Positions 39,901 to 48,580 are shown, counted from the whole stretch's first letter. The stretch is 61,334 bases of DNA, filler included, from Rhizaria sp. SCN 62-66 (GCA_001724265.1; 3 parts of 3 records of this genome joined end to end with filler, not necessarily neighbours in it); one strand, 5' to 3'. Numbers and translations are program-made. The notes: a model not told the origin generated them from the letters alone.

Positions 39901-40489
39901 ACCCCCTTCGGCCGCGGCTGCCGCCGCCGCTGCTGCCTCCGCGTCTGCGTCGTCCTCGGGCGCGGTCGGCCTCACGCCTGCGCAGCTTGTGCTGCTGCAG
40001 CAGGTGCGCGGCGGCGCGTTCGGCGCGCAGGCTGCCGCTGCAGCCGGCGCGGGCGGGAGCGCAGCGGCCACGGGGCCCGTCGCGATGGGCCCCGGCGCGG
40101 GGCTCGGAGTGGCGGGCACGCGCGTCGGCGCCGGACCCGTGTACCCTGGCGCTACTGCCGGCACCGGCGCTGGCGCTGGCGCGGGTGTTGCTAACGGGGG
40201 CCGGGGCGGCCGCACACCTTCATACGGCCAACAGCAGCAGCAACAACAGATGCAGATGCAGCAACAGCAGCAGATGCAGCAACAGCAGATGCAGCAAATG
40301 CAGGGCTTTGGCCTCGGCATCGGCGGCGTCGGCATTGGCCCCGGCGGCGCTGTCGCGCGCGTGGCGGTGCGGCCGCAACAGTTCAACATGGGGCTGGGCT
40401 TCGGCGTCGGCGTCGGCGGTAGCGGCGCGGGCGGGCTGGGACCGGCGCCGGGACAGGGACAGGGGCCGCAGGGCGCGGGCCGTCGGTGA
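30902..40489 (+). CDS. LRRC9: Leucine-rich repeat protein LRRC9-like, 3195 aa, single 9.6-kb open frame
   Basis: CCACC-ATG start. N-terminal LRR block (ELEMF...LTHLTLTDNAI...LTHLYLNRNRL...LQVLDLSENPL), a long middle region, and two C-terminal LRR blocks with caps RLWLVYSLPRLRALDG...AREMFAGR and GNPLARKQLLRRTLIYRVPSLRVIDG, matching recalled LRRC9 architecture. Q/G-rich tail; ends in TGA. Confidence 0.75.
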   Translation: MSSHPRAPGAGGPSSSAAPSSLAAAKRAAASGRELDPVRSEHEIAIMARIKKQEQATRDKMAARRARLAPASATEEERALALLLDANGIVPGSGVTAQAYLASPAAAAALAETRALARGLDCASPASAINTSQDGADIGKTAKGSAKPPAAAGPAPALPGTALVYPAVAELEMFQVPGWHRLCTLGRFPALARLEVMLQRIPALEGLAAPAPLLHAFTALTHLTLTDNAIATLPPGALAACPALTHLYLNRNRLAGVLPARLFAAQTRLQVLDLSENPLLSPGRALRCVPRLRSLSLAQTLVAAPAAALAPLRCLETLNLAAAPVASLAQVLALARAHGRTLREFALALPHHGAAPVAAPFTATPAAAAASAAATAAVLAAGGGAAGVLPSAAAAAAPASVVAYQCLLLAAFPAATSLDGSAVPAAARAAAATFLARVHAQASERARALQRAAAAAARRAADARTAQVQTITAALALTPQGATGSVGGGAGIGVGETATALAPALALALALAGEQRAQLFCGRAGAVAGALQSGLGAVLEAAVGLTAAAATNTAAAASEAKTATEASPESDGADIATTAASASASASDAAETGARLAAEARGWGCARAERAALRRLARAQGRARALTLRAGAAAESNQHDDDDDDYADDCSEHKSDDDDDDGANSESNDDGDDEDEDDSNTDGEVNTEQRAAVAAARACPVCARSDLGMFPPSLLPSAAAATAHSHCAAAAALAPRLTAAADGDAAAPESAAVSALAAAAAPLLPLLLTASSPAALLTLEALWTAWASISPADSPKNPENAAAFVAALIKAIPAVAVSGKTVTASASASAPAVDPRALLPLALAARAVLRCLRARALSVRVAALTARLAAGAAVSGFVTDKNNSNNNSSSISSGSGMGWFRTALEAAAAAESALAAALPLATVGTVTTDAADCVASGGAAQNLAAAAGAGAGVVALLAAAAGGAVTTAPPLSPGGSAAGADSDCAAGSSNSSSSAKELGLRLSTAAPAATTAVSPFAVAAVAGAGALPAAATLSAADAALSASFSQLFLQPQTAIQSKNGDSGASAVTARLVSVRRVSSVPAQQRFCSALATRAAAGAALTTALAAAARTQPLAAQQQQVAAATAGDAGGGGHTMGALWETTPARRAPAQSLLNGFMPPAMIAQPSNTGAGTGAGSGSVSGSAQPQLLSPSPLVSPSPLPQPSPLPGCVATATAAATAAVSAAAGAVCTRSQSGSCYGLPGFTDPQDCELLWWIPPATRAAAFALAAQSGSGSGSGSRAAAARAGRAAAAAARGEVARAAVTVSGRALWFSDPVAAAAAADAEADADADADADHDDDDDSESAVVAIETADGGNHDGEEEDEDDEEDDEDDTGVSFGRASLESLHSAAVAEAAALSASAAETSPTAALLLAAVGGAGVMPPLRPLVRAHNSHATNASASKGASSSAAKKRARVRARARTLGLLRSAPASGTAPVLLDCALPRRAPGAATHSATGVTLLTDSLPLAAAAFCAPLLSSQSQFHPHLKSDDKGSGGAKQRGADWEWRRVGSRTVLVTALLVKAYPGACAALPDAAALAPSAVTPLSFASAASALPRHVLSAPSPAPLAAFASPGAAQTERLLRSLAAEPVAAGEEAHPVISAAAAALPGLLAATAAAAASAGLGSAALVPSGGSRRSGAAYASAAAQASAAVAAAAASAAAAPAALSALSAIAPVWGGAPVWPPLLPLHVGPRTAHPLSRASAAAAACAAPFPAPLAPAAVQGAAGAAAAAAVTNAELQFLALHRPALAPFFPLPPGAHSARAAPAAPALTSAAGSGSGSSSAVAGLSVADLTCLSNKGAFVSIDTCAPAPAPAHPFAPAAAAAAAAAGASAGAGGVQDAVVPAADSLLRTLPLPLPQAASARSTGDGDGANGGGNVHVMYLRDSALAVPDAVATIEITVPRYAWRRRACSQPAADTKSAKPAADSAVNADAALRSAVAATGFALASNTSNISTALVPVSAASKAASAALSAPASWLHGPLRALATVRRAEAAAAVAAAAALRLFSNTSTGNKTKAETGFPVAASVSAAVAAVLSSADSSLFSTADVLPAPSAVAVAAKLTAAAPAPAQSLSALVERNARVSQPLRARALLPALAKALAAAESKAKDGGKNKHSAADAFAAVAAAVGAAAGAALPSTTTSAPQITGVGTGTGVGLYLDDVPSLLVAGSARCEALSDDTELLVPAAVPVAATATGAGAGATGGAGCVTAPFARDWALAPATVRAVTAALGSALAAKDTAADGDSHGAAVRALVVRPSAESGDPALSPAAAALLADSLSLAHTPLGAGAPPPLASLSLRAPALVRLDVSHCRLASLAGVEALRGLRELCASDNALADVAPLAGLRALVLADVSRNRLQSLAPLAALPALATLLCEGNALSSLASLVPVAPAASTASAAPVSVLRALYAGANALRPRDQVSALAALSALQVLDLTDQTAAPASALSPRGGGSGVGALAEWGGADEGDVSAGPAAARLWLVYSLPRLRALDGVAVDAAQTAAAREMFAGRATVTTLTDALRLAPGPLASLAAALRSLTSLDLSSRRLRSVSIVTGAACPALRTLILDDNALEDLTSLRAIPTLRVLRLNRNKIVAANAAAVGDTAATGGPWLAQLYPQLEVLELSHNRVTSIADLRLGGLSALIALGLEGNQVRRVSGLSALPALQHLVLSHNKIQALDERSFAGVTTLRELQIESTGLRSLAGLGYHPALLALFIGGNRVGDLGEIAYLAPPPPPPVYPGDPALAAADPLWQQTLQQYAALAPSGCPQLAEIGLRGNPLARKQLLRRTLIYRVPSLRVIDGLEVSPEERDRVAAFYAPPPPPLGPDGLPLFPFTMQQQQQQMQFAGGYGGAQFQPQQGYYHQGDPAAAAAGWAATAQGLAYAAGAGASGASSGGYGGTVVSYHQHQFGGGGGGAAVNNGNAGLMGVAAALPSRMGGPAPGASHGHVAHGHYVNNPSTAGATFTAASPPSAAAAAAAAASASASSSGAVGLTPAQLVLLQQVRGGAFGAQAAAAAGAGGSAAATGPVAMGPGAGLGVAGTRVGAGPVYPGATAGTGAGAGAGVANGGRGGRTPSYGQQQQQQQMQMQQQQQMQQQQMQQMQGFGLGIGGVGIGPGGAVARVAVRPQQFNMGLGFGVGVGGSGAGGLGPAPGQGQGPQGAGRR

Positions 40490-41750
40490 GTCCGTGAGTC
40501 ACTGACTGTCAATCAACAAAGCAAGGCAATCTCGAGACAGGTGTTGCAACATGTTTTTTTTCTGGTTGTTGTTGACAAATTTGATCGAAAAATAGGTTTT
40601 TTTACATTAGCGTTTCTGATAACTGTTATGATTTATTCAACAGGAATACAATTAGTCTATATACGTACTATCAAGTTTCGATGAAAAGTTACAACGTCGT
40701 CGTTGTCGTTGTAGTTGTGACCGTACCTCAGTGGTGAAGTCATGGATTTAGCAATTGAAAGCACATTTCTAACACGCATTGAAAGCAAACGTTGTTTCAT
40801 AAATATATCTTCAAGTCACATATCAACCAGTGACAAGTCACCTGACGCTTTCATGATGCGGAATCATGCATAACTCCAGCATTTAAGATCAAGCATCATT
40901 CTCGTTGATTGATACATGTATGCATTATGTGTGTCTATTTTGATGAAATTTTCAAATGCATTAGTTCAAAGTTGTCACTAAATTTAGTAGTGTGTATTTA
41001 CTCGAGAGAATGACACATAATTTGATTTGCACAGAGTGTCTGGTCAAACCGTGAGACTCAAATTAAACAAATGAAATAAATGAGAAGAGAAGTGCAACGC
41101 GCAAAATAAGACTATTTAGACACGGTGTGCGAGCATGCGAGCGTGCCTGGTGAACGAACGAAGAGCAACACTGCTGGCTGCTGCAAAGTATTTATCTAAT
41201 CGTCAGTGTCTTAACGCTTCAACGAGTCTCCTTGCACCTACCTATTACGCACTACTTAAGAGTAAAATAACGTACAATAGGTCAGCATAAGCGCGAGAGT
41301 ATTTGAGCGACAACAACAGCGACAACGACGGGCAACAGCAACAGCAGCAGTAGAAGCAGATACAGCGAGAGGATGAACTAAAGGGGGCCAGCAAAGGTGG
41401 CGCGCGCATACACATACACCAGTTTTGGTTGGTTGTGATTTGTGGTTTTTGAAAAGGGGTTTAGTGGTGCGTAAGTAAAGAAAAAAACGAGGCAGAAGCA
41501 AAAACTGGGAAAAGCAACAACAAAGCTGGACAGAACAAGATAAGAGGGAATTGCGCCGAAACGTAATATTTCGGCCGACGCATCAAAAACGAGCAAACAA
41601 GCACGACATGCAGTATTTAAAGCGAAATAACGGTTGCTGTAGCACATTCGCAACTCGTCTAGCTCTGCGTTCGCATTTTTCTTTAGCTAGGCATTGTTTT
41701 AAAACTTAGCAGAGCAAAGCAAAGCTTCGCATCGCTGAAATTTGCTTCGC

Positions 41751-43190
41751 TTAGTAATCGAGGTCGCGGTTGTACTCGAAGTGCGCGGCCGAGAGCTCAT
41801 CGCGCGGGCCGTGGCTGTGCTGGATGAGGGTCATCCAGTCCTTGATGCTGGCCTCGGCGGTGAGGCGGCCCGAGCGGTTCTGCTCCCAGATCGCCAGCGC
41901 GTCCTGCACCGTCTCGCCGTTGAACATGGTCGCCGTGTTGGTCTGCTTCCACTCCCACTCGAAGTGCGTCTTGTTCTTGATCTCCATCATGCCGTAGCCG
42001 TACGAGAGGAAGTACTGCGCCACGCTGCCCTTGTACGGCGCGAGCCCCTTGGAGATCTTCTCCTGGCAGCCGGGCGAGCCGACGACGATCTGCGTCCAGA
42101 ACGACGGATCCGTGAAGAGATGCTCGTCCTCGAACGTCTGGATGTTGCGCCGCAGCCCCGGGAAGAGGCGCTGGTAGTTGTGCTGGTGTCCGCACACGAG
42201 GACGTCGACGCCGTACTTGTGCGCCAGGATGCGGAAGTCGGTGTAGTCGACCTCGTCCTGCCAGTCGCACTTGTGCGCCAACATCACAATCCACGGCGTC
42301 ACCGAGCGGCGCTTGTTGGCAGCGATGAGGTCCTTCTCCAGCCACGCGAGCTGGCGCTTCTGCTGGCCCGGGTCGGGGAAGTACGAGTACACCTCGGTGT
42401 CGATCGTAACCAGGTGCGCCTGCGGGACGTCAAGACTCCACCACAGCGCGGTGTTGGAGCCAGAGGAGCGGCCAAGCGTCTCGAGCGAGCGGAAGCGCGA
42501 GGTGAAGTGGGTGAAGTTGCCCTCCTTCTCGTGGTTGCCGACGACCATGATGTAAGGCATGGCCGTCATAACCGGCTGCAGCGCCTCGATGAAGTCGTCG
42601 CCGCGCACGCCGTTGCCGTTGTGCAGGTCGTAGGCGATGTCGCCAACGTGGATGATGCCGTCGTAGAGGCCCTTGGCGCCGTCGTCGAGCAGGGTCTTGA
42701 GCGACTGCTCCATGTTAGTGTAGCCGTAGTCGCCGTAGATGGCCCACTTCTTGACCGGGCCCGCAGTGAACGAGTAGGTCGGGGACGTGGCGTCGAGGCC
42801 CGTCTCGTGGTCGCCGACGGCGTAGTAGTACTTGGTGCCCGCGGTGAGGCCCTTAAGCACGACAGTGTGCACGTCCGAGGCGTACTTGAGGTGCTCGAAA
42901 TGCTTCGACTCGCCAGTCACAACCTTGGACAGCGCGCTCTTGCTGGTGCCGTAGTATACGTTGGTCTTGGGCACCTTGGTGTAGGGCGGAAACTTGTGCT
43001 GCGTCTGCGCGGCGCTAGAGCCGGTGACATAGGTGAAGACGTAGCTGCCGTCATCGCCCGTGGGGTGGAACATGATGTTCATCGGCGTCACGGCCACCAT
43101 CGCACCGTTGACGGCCGCGGCAGCGGCGTAGGACGCCAGACAAACGAGCAGAAAGGCAACAAAGGGGACGACGCGAATCATGCCCATCAT
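41751..43190 (-). CDS. Secreted purple acid phosphatase (ACP7/PAPL-like metallophosphoesterase)
   Basis: Signal peptide (MMGMIRVVPFVAFLLVCLASYAAA), FN3-like N-domain (HTVVLKGLTAGTKYYYAVG) and all five PAP metal-binding blocks: GDYG, GDIAY, GNHE, VMLAH, GHQH. CDS has no intron; ends in TAA. Confidence 0.9.
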   Translation of the reverse strand: MMGMIRVVPFVAFLLVCLASYAAAAAVNGAMVAVTPMNIMFHPTGDDGSYVFTYVTGSSAAQTQHKFPPYTKVPKTNVYYGTSKSALSKVVTGESKHFEHLKYASDVHTVVLKGLTAGTKYYYAVGDHETGLDATSPTYSFTAGPVKKWAIYGDYGYTNMEQSLKTLLDDGAKGLYDGIIHVGDIAYDLHNGNGVRGDDFIEALQPVMTAMPYIMVVGNHEKEGNFTHFTSRFRSLETLGRSSGSNTALWWSLDVPQAHLVTIDTEVYSYFPDPGQQKRQLAWLEKDLIAANKRRSVTPWIVMLAHKCDWQDEVDYTDFRILAHKYGVDVLVCGHQHNYQRLFPGLRRNIQTFEDEHLFTDPSFWTQIVVGSPGCQEKISKGLAPYKGSVAQYFLSYGYGMMEIKNKTHFEWEWKQTNTATMFNGETVQDALAIWEQNRSGRLTAEASIKDWMTLIQHSHGPRDELSAAHFEYNRDLDY

Positions 43191-43683
43191 TTGCCTTGGT
43201 CTATACCAAGAGAAACAAGAGAAAAAAACAAAAGCGGGTCTCAGTGAGCGGCCATTTGAATCCTGAGCACGTGGTTCAGAGCAGGTCAACAAGGAGACTA
43301 CAAAGGGGGCAGTATGCACTCATGCCTGGGGTCCCTGCGCATAAAAAAAAATGATCCAATAGAGCTAACTTCAAGAACATCTAAAACACAACTTTCAAAC
43401 CAAACCATCGTTCTCAATCCAGTCATTTTCAATTCCTAGATATCCCTCTCTCGTCATTGTGACGCGTTTGAGCAAGCGAGGAGGGGTCGGAGACAGACAG
43501 CAGGCGACGTCTGGTTCGCAAAAAGTCGTGACTTCTGGAGAGTGACCGTGGGTCGAATATTAGCCGGACCTCAATTAGGCAGGCGACGAATTAGTCCTCC
43601 GCGCTTTGGAGCGGGGCGGTTCACGACAGTCGAGGTGACCAAACAGGGTCTTTTGTCTGAACTAACCAACAGGTTCTGCTCAA

Positions 43684-44031
43684 ATGGGTACGTAATAACT
43701 GCTACGCGTATTTTCTTTCTCGCATGTTTCTGCGCATGGGTGTGTCGATCGCTTTCGGCGTAGAGATACTATTCTGAAGTCTTCGTCCCCGCAAAGACAC
43801 TGGGGGCTCGCTCTCTGCTCAGCTCTCGACCCGTCTCGCCCCCCCTGTGCCCTGTGCTCATCTGATTGCCCTGTCGTTGTGTTGTGTGTGTGTTGTATAG
43901 GTATTACTCGTAACTCTCGTCACAAGCGCCGTTCCACCGGTGGCCGTCGCGCTGTCCACCAGATGAAGCGCAACTACGAGCTCGGCCGTCCTTCCGCCAA
44001 CACCAAGCTTGTCGGCGACAAGAAGCAGGCT
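43684..44031 (+). CDS. RPS8: 40S ribosomal protein S8 (eS8), 3'-truncated by the gap; exons 43684-43687 and 43901->44031
   Basis: ATG-G|GTACGT...TAG|GT-ATT gives [38 protein letters not shown], matching eS8 (MGI.R...HKRR.TGG.R...KR.YELGRP.ANTK). Confidence 0.92.
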
Positions 44032-44131
44032 NNNNNNNNNNNNNNNNNNNNNNNNNNNNNNNNNNNNNNNNNNNNTTAATTAATTAANNNNNNNNNNNNN
44101 NNNNNNNNNNNNNNNNNNNNNNNNNNNNNNN
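44032..44131. other. Artificial contig/scaffold linker (44 N + TTAATTAATTAA + 44 N)
   Basis: Exactly 100 nt; RPS8 does not resume after it. Confidence 0.97.
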
Positions 44132-44323
44132 ATGGACTATTTCGCTCGTAGTGAAATAGAAAAGTGCGCACCAAGGCGCGAAAATCGCGGAAAACACGTT
44201 TTTTCATAAACCTCTACATCGGGGGTACTACGTATTTATTAAATTGCTTAACTTGTAAGGCTACATAAGAGCACATATTGTACATTCGTCGAATCCCTCT
44301 AAATGTATGATTCTACGACGGTA

Positions 44324-44347
44324 GTACGTACGTACGTACGTACGTAC
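44324..44347. repeat. (GTAC)6 self-complementary tetranucleotide microsatellite
   Basis: Read directly from the sequence. Confidence 0.95.
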
Positions 44348-44863
44348 CTACGCAAGTCATTTTGCTCGCGAGTCGAGTACGTCGTTTTCTGAGGCTAAAG
44401 GGTGTTGTATTCGCAAATTATTGCAATTGACGCAGTATTTTGCAATATATGCTGTTGTTTGCGCCAATAGTGACATGTGCGCATGACAAAAACACATATC
44501 TGATGATTGAAAGAGAGAAGAAAGCGGAGGAAGACAAGGAAAACGGAAAAAAATAAAGCAGAAACAATTGGAACACATGGCAAACTACGACTCAAGTGAC
44601 ACAAATTTCACCGAACCAGACAGTACCAAAATTAAAGTACACTACTAGTATACAAGCACAGGAACGTGTCCTGCAGCAAAAGCAACACAAAGCAAACACG
44701 CGATAGCGAAAGCGCGAACCGAATCAACGCGCCGACAAAAAGCTGTGGCAACACAACGCGACACCGTGGCGTAGGCAAACAAATACAACTCTCGTTACTG
44801 CCTTGCTTCATGATTCGGTGCTGAATGCCACTGTTTGTCATGCTATTGCAGAGCAGTGACTGT

Positions 44864-47800
44864 TTACTGCTGCTGCTGCTGCTGTTGCTGCTGCTGATGC
44901 TGAATGAGCTTCTCCTGCGCCTTAACGAGGGACAGCTGCGACTTGGTCAACACTGCGCCCTCGCTCCCGCCGCCGCTTGCATTCGTGGTCGTCGTCATCG
45001 ACTGCCGCTTGCCATGCTGCTGGTGCTGCGGCTGCTGGTGCTGCTGTTCGTTGAGTCCCACGCGGTAGGGCGTGCCCGTGCCAGCCTTCCTCTTGGCGCC
45101 GCCGCCGGCAGCAGCGCCGCCGTTGTACTGGCTGTACCCCGCGCCGTGCGCGTGGCTGTGCGCGCCGCTCGCGCCGGGCACGTAGTAGGACGACGCGACG
45201 CCGCCCTGCAGCGCCGCCGGCAGCTCCGGCCGGTTCGCCGGCGGCGGCGGCCTCCGCGCACCCGACGTCGACCCCGACTGGCCGTGGCCGTGGCCCTGCT
45301 GGCCCTGCTGTCCCTGCTGAGCGGCGGCGGCGGCGGCGGCGTTGGCGCGCTTCTGGCGCTCCTTCTCGCGGTAGCGCTCGTGTTCGACGTCGCGCTGCGA
45401 GACGCCGTTGCCGTCCTGCGCCCACATGCGCTTGGCGTCGCCCAGCGCGCGGCGCGAGGCGTCTTGCTGTGCGAGGCGGCGCGCGCGGTGGCGCTCTTGC
45501 TGCTCCTCCGTCAGCTCGTCGACCAGGCCCAGCGAGGTCACCAGCGCCGAGTCGAAGCCCTGCGCGCCGGGGCCCTGGGTCAGCACCACCGACGCGGGCT
45601 GCTTGCTACGCGGCGGCCGCTTGCCTTCACTGCCATCGTCGTCGTGGTCGTCAGCGACGTCCTCGTCCTCGTTGTCGTCGTTGCCGTCGCCGTAGCTGTC
45701 GGCGTAGCTGCCGTTTCTACTGGCGCGGCCGCTGTGGCCGTTGCCGTTGTTGTTGCCGGATCGGCTGGGGCCGCGCGAGATGGCGGGCAGCGCGGAATCG
45801 TCACCGTTGCTGTTGCTGTTGTTGTTGGGCTTAACGCCACGAGAGCCGGTAGAACTCGCACCAACAGCAGCAGCGCCGGCACCGTTACTTGCGTTGCCGT
45901 TGTTGTTGCTGTTGTTGCTGCCCGACCCCCGTGGCGCCGACGCTTTTCCCGAGCCCGCACCGGTGCCGTTGCTGCCGCTGGCAGAGGACGAGGGGACCCG
46001 GGGCAGCACAAGCTGCTGATCGCCGCCGCCTCCTCCTCCACCTCCTCCTCCGCCGCCGGTAGCGCCGTTTGCGTGGCGGTACGGCGAGTTGGGCGAGCGG
46101 TTGGCGGCCGACTTGCCGCCTTGCTGCTGGCCCTGGGGCCCCAGAAGCGAGCTGTCAACCGTGTGCGCGAGCAGCGCGCTGTACTGCGGCGCAAGCGGCC
46201 GGGCTGAGCCGCGGCTGCTGCTGCTGCTGTTCGCGTGGTGCTGCTGCTGCTGCTGCTGCTGCTGCATGTAGGGACCGTTGTTGAGCCGGGCCGAGCTGGA
46301 CATGTGTCCGTTGCTGTTGGCAAACTGTCCCTGCTGCTCTTGCTGGACCTGGCCCTGGCCCTGCTGCTGTTGCTGCTGCTGCTGCTGCTGGAGCTGCGTG
46401 AGCGTCTCGAGCTGCTCGCTGTGCTGGTCCTTGAGCAGCTTGATGCGTTGCTTGGTGAGCGCGAGATGCTCCTGCACCGACTGCAGCTTGGAATGCTCGC
46501 GCAACAGCGCCTCGACGTGCTGCGCCTGCTTGCGCGTGCGCGCGCTCTGAGCCACCTCGCGCTCCAGGATCGCCAGCTTGGCCTGCACGGCCTCACGCGA
46601 CGCGCGCTCCTTGTCGCGCCCGGCGCGCGTCTCCTCGAGCTCGGCCAGCACCTGCGCGTGCTCCTTCTGCAGCTCCTCCAGCATGATGTCGGCCTCGAGG
46701 TGCGCGCCCGTCTTCTGGATCGACGCCTGGCCCAGCGACACGCACGTGTTGTAGTAGGACCACAGGCGCCGCGACAGCACCTCGACGGGCTCGCACAGCC
46801 GAGCCACCTCGGTGTCGAGCGTGTCGACCAGCGCGCCCAGCGACACGCCCTTGAGCGACACCAACAGCTTGCGGATCTCGACGCGGCGCTTGCCCACGGC
46901 CGTCTGCAGCGCCTTGGCCCAGGCCGGCGATGACAGCGGCACGAAGCGCTCGCCCAGCGGCTCGGGTCCCATCACCGCGGGCGGCGACGACTCGGCCTTG
47001 GGCAGCGCGCCCGGCTTGGCCAGCGCGCGCAGCTTGTCCACCTCGGCCGTCGCCGTCAGCAGCAGCGTGCTGGTGCGCGCGATCGCCGTGCAGATGCCCG
47101 CGCGCAGCAGCAACATGTTGCGGAACATGGTCTTGACCAGGTGCTTGAGGATCACGCGGTAGCACTTGCGCTCGTGCTCCAGCTCGGCAATGCGCGCCGC
47201 CGCGAGAGCCTCGTCCTTGTCCGCCGACGACTGCAGCGAGTGGAACTTGACCTCCCACGGCTTGAGGTCTGCGACCTGCCGCGTGAGCTCGGCCACCTTG
47301 GTGTTGGCGGCCACCAGCTCGGCCTGCAGCTCGGCGCCGTGCTGCGACGACTCACGCAGCTCAAGCCGCACATTGCGCAGCTCCTTGCGCTCGCCGCCCG
47401 TTTCGGCCTGCGCCGCGCGGACGCGGGCCTCAGTCTCGGCGACCTTGTCTTCGAGCGCGGCCTCGTTGGCCTTGTGCGCCTCGTCGCTCGCGACCCAGTT
47501 GGCCCGCTCGCGTGCCATCACACGCTCCAGCTCCGCCACGCGCTCCTCCAGCGCAGCCTTGTCCGCCGCCAGAGCGGCGCGCGCGGCCTCAGCCTCGGCG
47601 GCGAGGCGCGCGCGGTCGGCCCGTTCGGCGGCCTGCGCCTCGTCGCGCGTCTTATCCTCGTGCTCGTGCGAGGCCACCATGGCCTGCAGGTCCTCGCGCA
47701 GCGTCGCCAGGTCGCGCTGGAAGCCCTTACCCTGCCGCCGCAGCGCATCCTTCTCCTTGGACAGCGCCGTGAACTCGCCCACGAGCTGGCTGTACGCGCT

Positions 47801-48580
47801 CTCGTGCTTGGCGAAGAGCCGCTGCACCTCATCCAGCTGCCACTGCGTGCTGCGCTGCGCCGCCTGCGCCTTGCGAAACTTGACCACCTCTTCGGCCAGT
47901 GCCGCCGAGTCAGCCTCAAGGTCCTTGACCGGGCGGTACAGCGGCTGCTCCTCGGCGACCGCGCCCGCGCCACTCGCACTGGCGTTGCCGCCGCTGCTGT
48001 TGGCGGTGTTGCGCGCGCTCGAGGCCGGCGTCGAGAGCCCGGCGCGGGCGGAGTTGGTCCCTGAGCCCGAGCTGGATCCCGCGGCGCCTGGGCCCGCGGT
48101 GGAGCTGGTGCCGGTGGTGTTGCGGCGCACGGCCGTCACCGGCGAGCGCGCGGAGCTGGAGCTAGAGCTGGCGCTGGGGTTGGGGTTGGTGCTGCGAGCG
48201 CTGGCAGGGGTCGTCGGCGGCAGCTGCTTGTTCGAGTTCGTGGCGGAGGCGCGGCGCGCGGAGGACGGGCCCGGAGTGGCCGGGGCCGGCGCGGCGGGCG
48301 CAGACGGGGACGCAGCAGCAGCCGCTGGAGCGGGGGCCTCGGCTCTAGTAGTGGCGCTGGCGTCAGCGGCGGCGGCGGGCTCGGGGCTGGCGGCGGCCTC
48401 CGTCGCAGGGGCGGCGGCAGAGTCAGTGTTTACGTCCGTGGCAGCAGCAGCGTTCTCAGCCGCAGCCGCAGTCGTAGTCTCGGCGGAGGAGGACTCGGGC
48501 ACGGAGGTGGTGTTCTCATTGTCTTTGCGGGGGCCTGCGTCGGCCGCGGGGGCGCTGGCGCCCTGTTCTGTGCCCGACAT
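44864..48580 (-). CDS. Hypothetical long coiled-coil protein with disordered S/T/A-rich N-terminus and Q/N/G-rich C-terminus (about 1238 aa)
   Basis: Open frame from ATG 48580 (MSGTEQG) to TAA 44864-44866; central E/A/L/K/R-rich heptad-like region; strong GC3 bias. No family recognised. Confidence 0.8.
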   Translation of the reverse strand: MSGTEQGASAPAADAGPRKDNENTTSVPESSSAETTTAAAAENAAAATDVNTDSAAAPATEAAASPEPAAAADASATTRAEAPAPAAAAASPSAPAAPAPATPGPSSARRASATNSNKQLPPTTPASARSTNPNPSASSSSSSARSPVTAVRRNTTGTSSTAGPGAAGSSSGSGTNSARAGLSTPASSARNTANSSGGNASASGAGAVAEEQPLYRPVKDLEADSAALAEEVVKFRKAQAAQRSTQWQLDEVQRLFAKHESAYSQLVGEFTALSKEKDALRRQGKGFQRDLATLREDLQAMVASHEHEDKTRDEAQAAERADRARLAAEAEAARAALAADKAALEERVAELERVMARERANWVASDEAHKANEAALEDKVAETEARVRAAQAETGGERKELRNVRLELRESSQHGAELQAELVAANTKVAELTRQVADLKPWEVKFHSLQSSADKDEALAAARIAELEHERKCYRVILKHLVKTMFRNMLLLRAGICTAIARTSTLLLTATAEVDKLRALAKPGALPKAESSPPAVMGPEPLGERFVPLSSPAWAKALQTAVGKRRVEIRKLLVSLKGVSLGALVDTLDTEVARLCEPVEVLSRRLWSYYNTCVSLGQASIQKTGAHLEADIMLEELQKEHAQVLAELEETRAGRDKERASREAVQAKLAILEREVAQSARTRKQAQHVEALLREHSKLQSVQEHLALTKQRIKLLKDQHSEQLETLTQLQQQQQQQQQQGQGQVQQEQQGQFANSNGHMSSSARLNNGPYMQQQQQQQQHHANSSSSSRGSARPLAPQYSALLAHTVDSSLLGPQGQQQGGKSAANRSPNSPYRHANGATGGGGGGGGGGGGDQQLVLPRVPSSSASGSNGTGAGSGKASAPRGSGSNNSNNNGNASNGAGAAAVGASSTGSRGVKPNNNSNSNGDDSALPAISRGPSRSGNNNGNGHSGRASRNGSYADSYGDGNDDNEDEDVADDHDDDGSEGKRPPRSKQPASVVLTQGPGAQGFDSALVTSLGLVDELTEEQQERHRARRLAQQDASRRALGDAKRMWAQDGNGVSQRDVEHERYREKERQKRANAAAAAAAQQGQQGQQGHGHGQSGSTSGARRPPPPANRPELPAALQGGVASSYYVPGASGAHSHAHGAGYSQYNGGAAAGGGAKRKAGTGTPYRVGLNEQQHQQPQHQQHGKRQSMTTTTNASGGGSEGAVLTKSQLSLVKAQEKLIQHQQQQQQQQQQ

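Noticed and set aside
43688-43900. Intronic snoRNA in RPS8 intron 1
   Set aside because: CTGA tetramers are present, but no RTGATGA C box or terminal stem could be found by eye.
44790-44900. TAA directly after a CAG run, suggesting ciliate-type TAA=Gln readthrough
   Set aside because: TAA terminates ORMDL and DBT at their family-typical ends, and sequence beyond 44864 loses coding-like GC bias.
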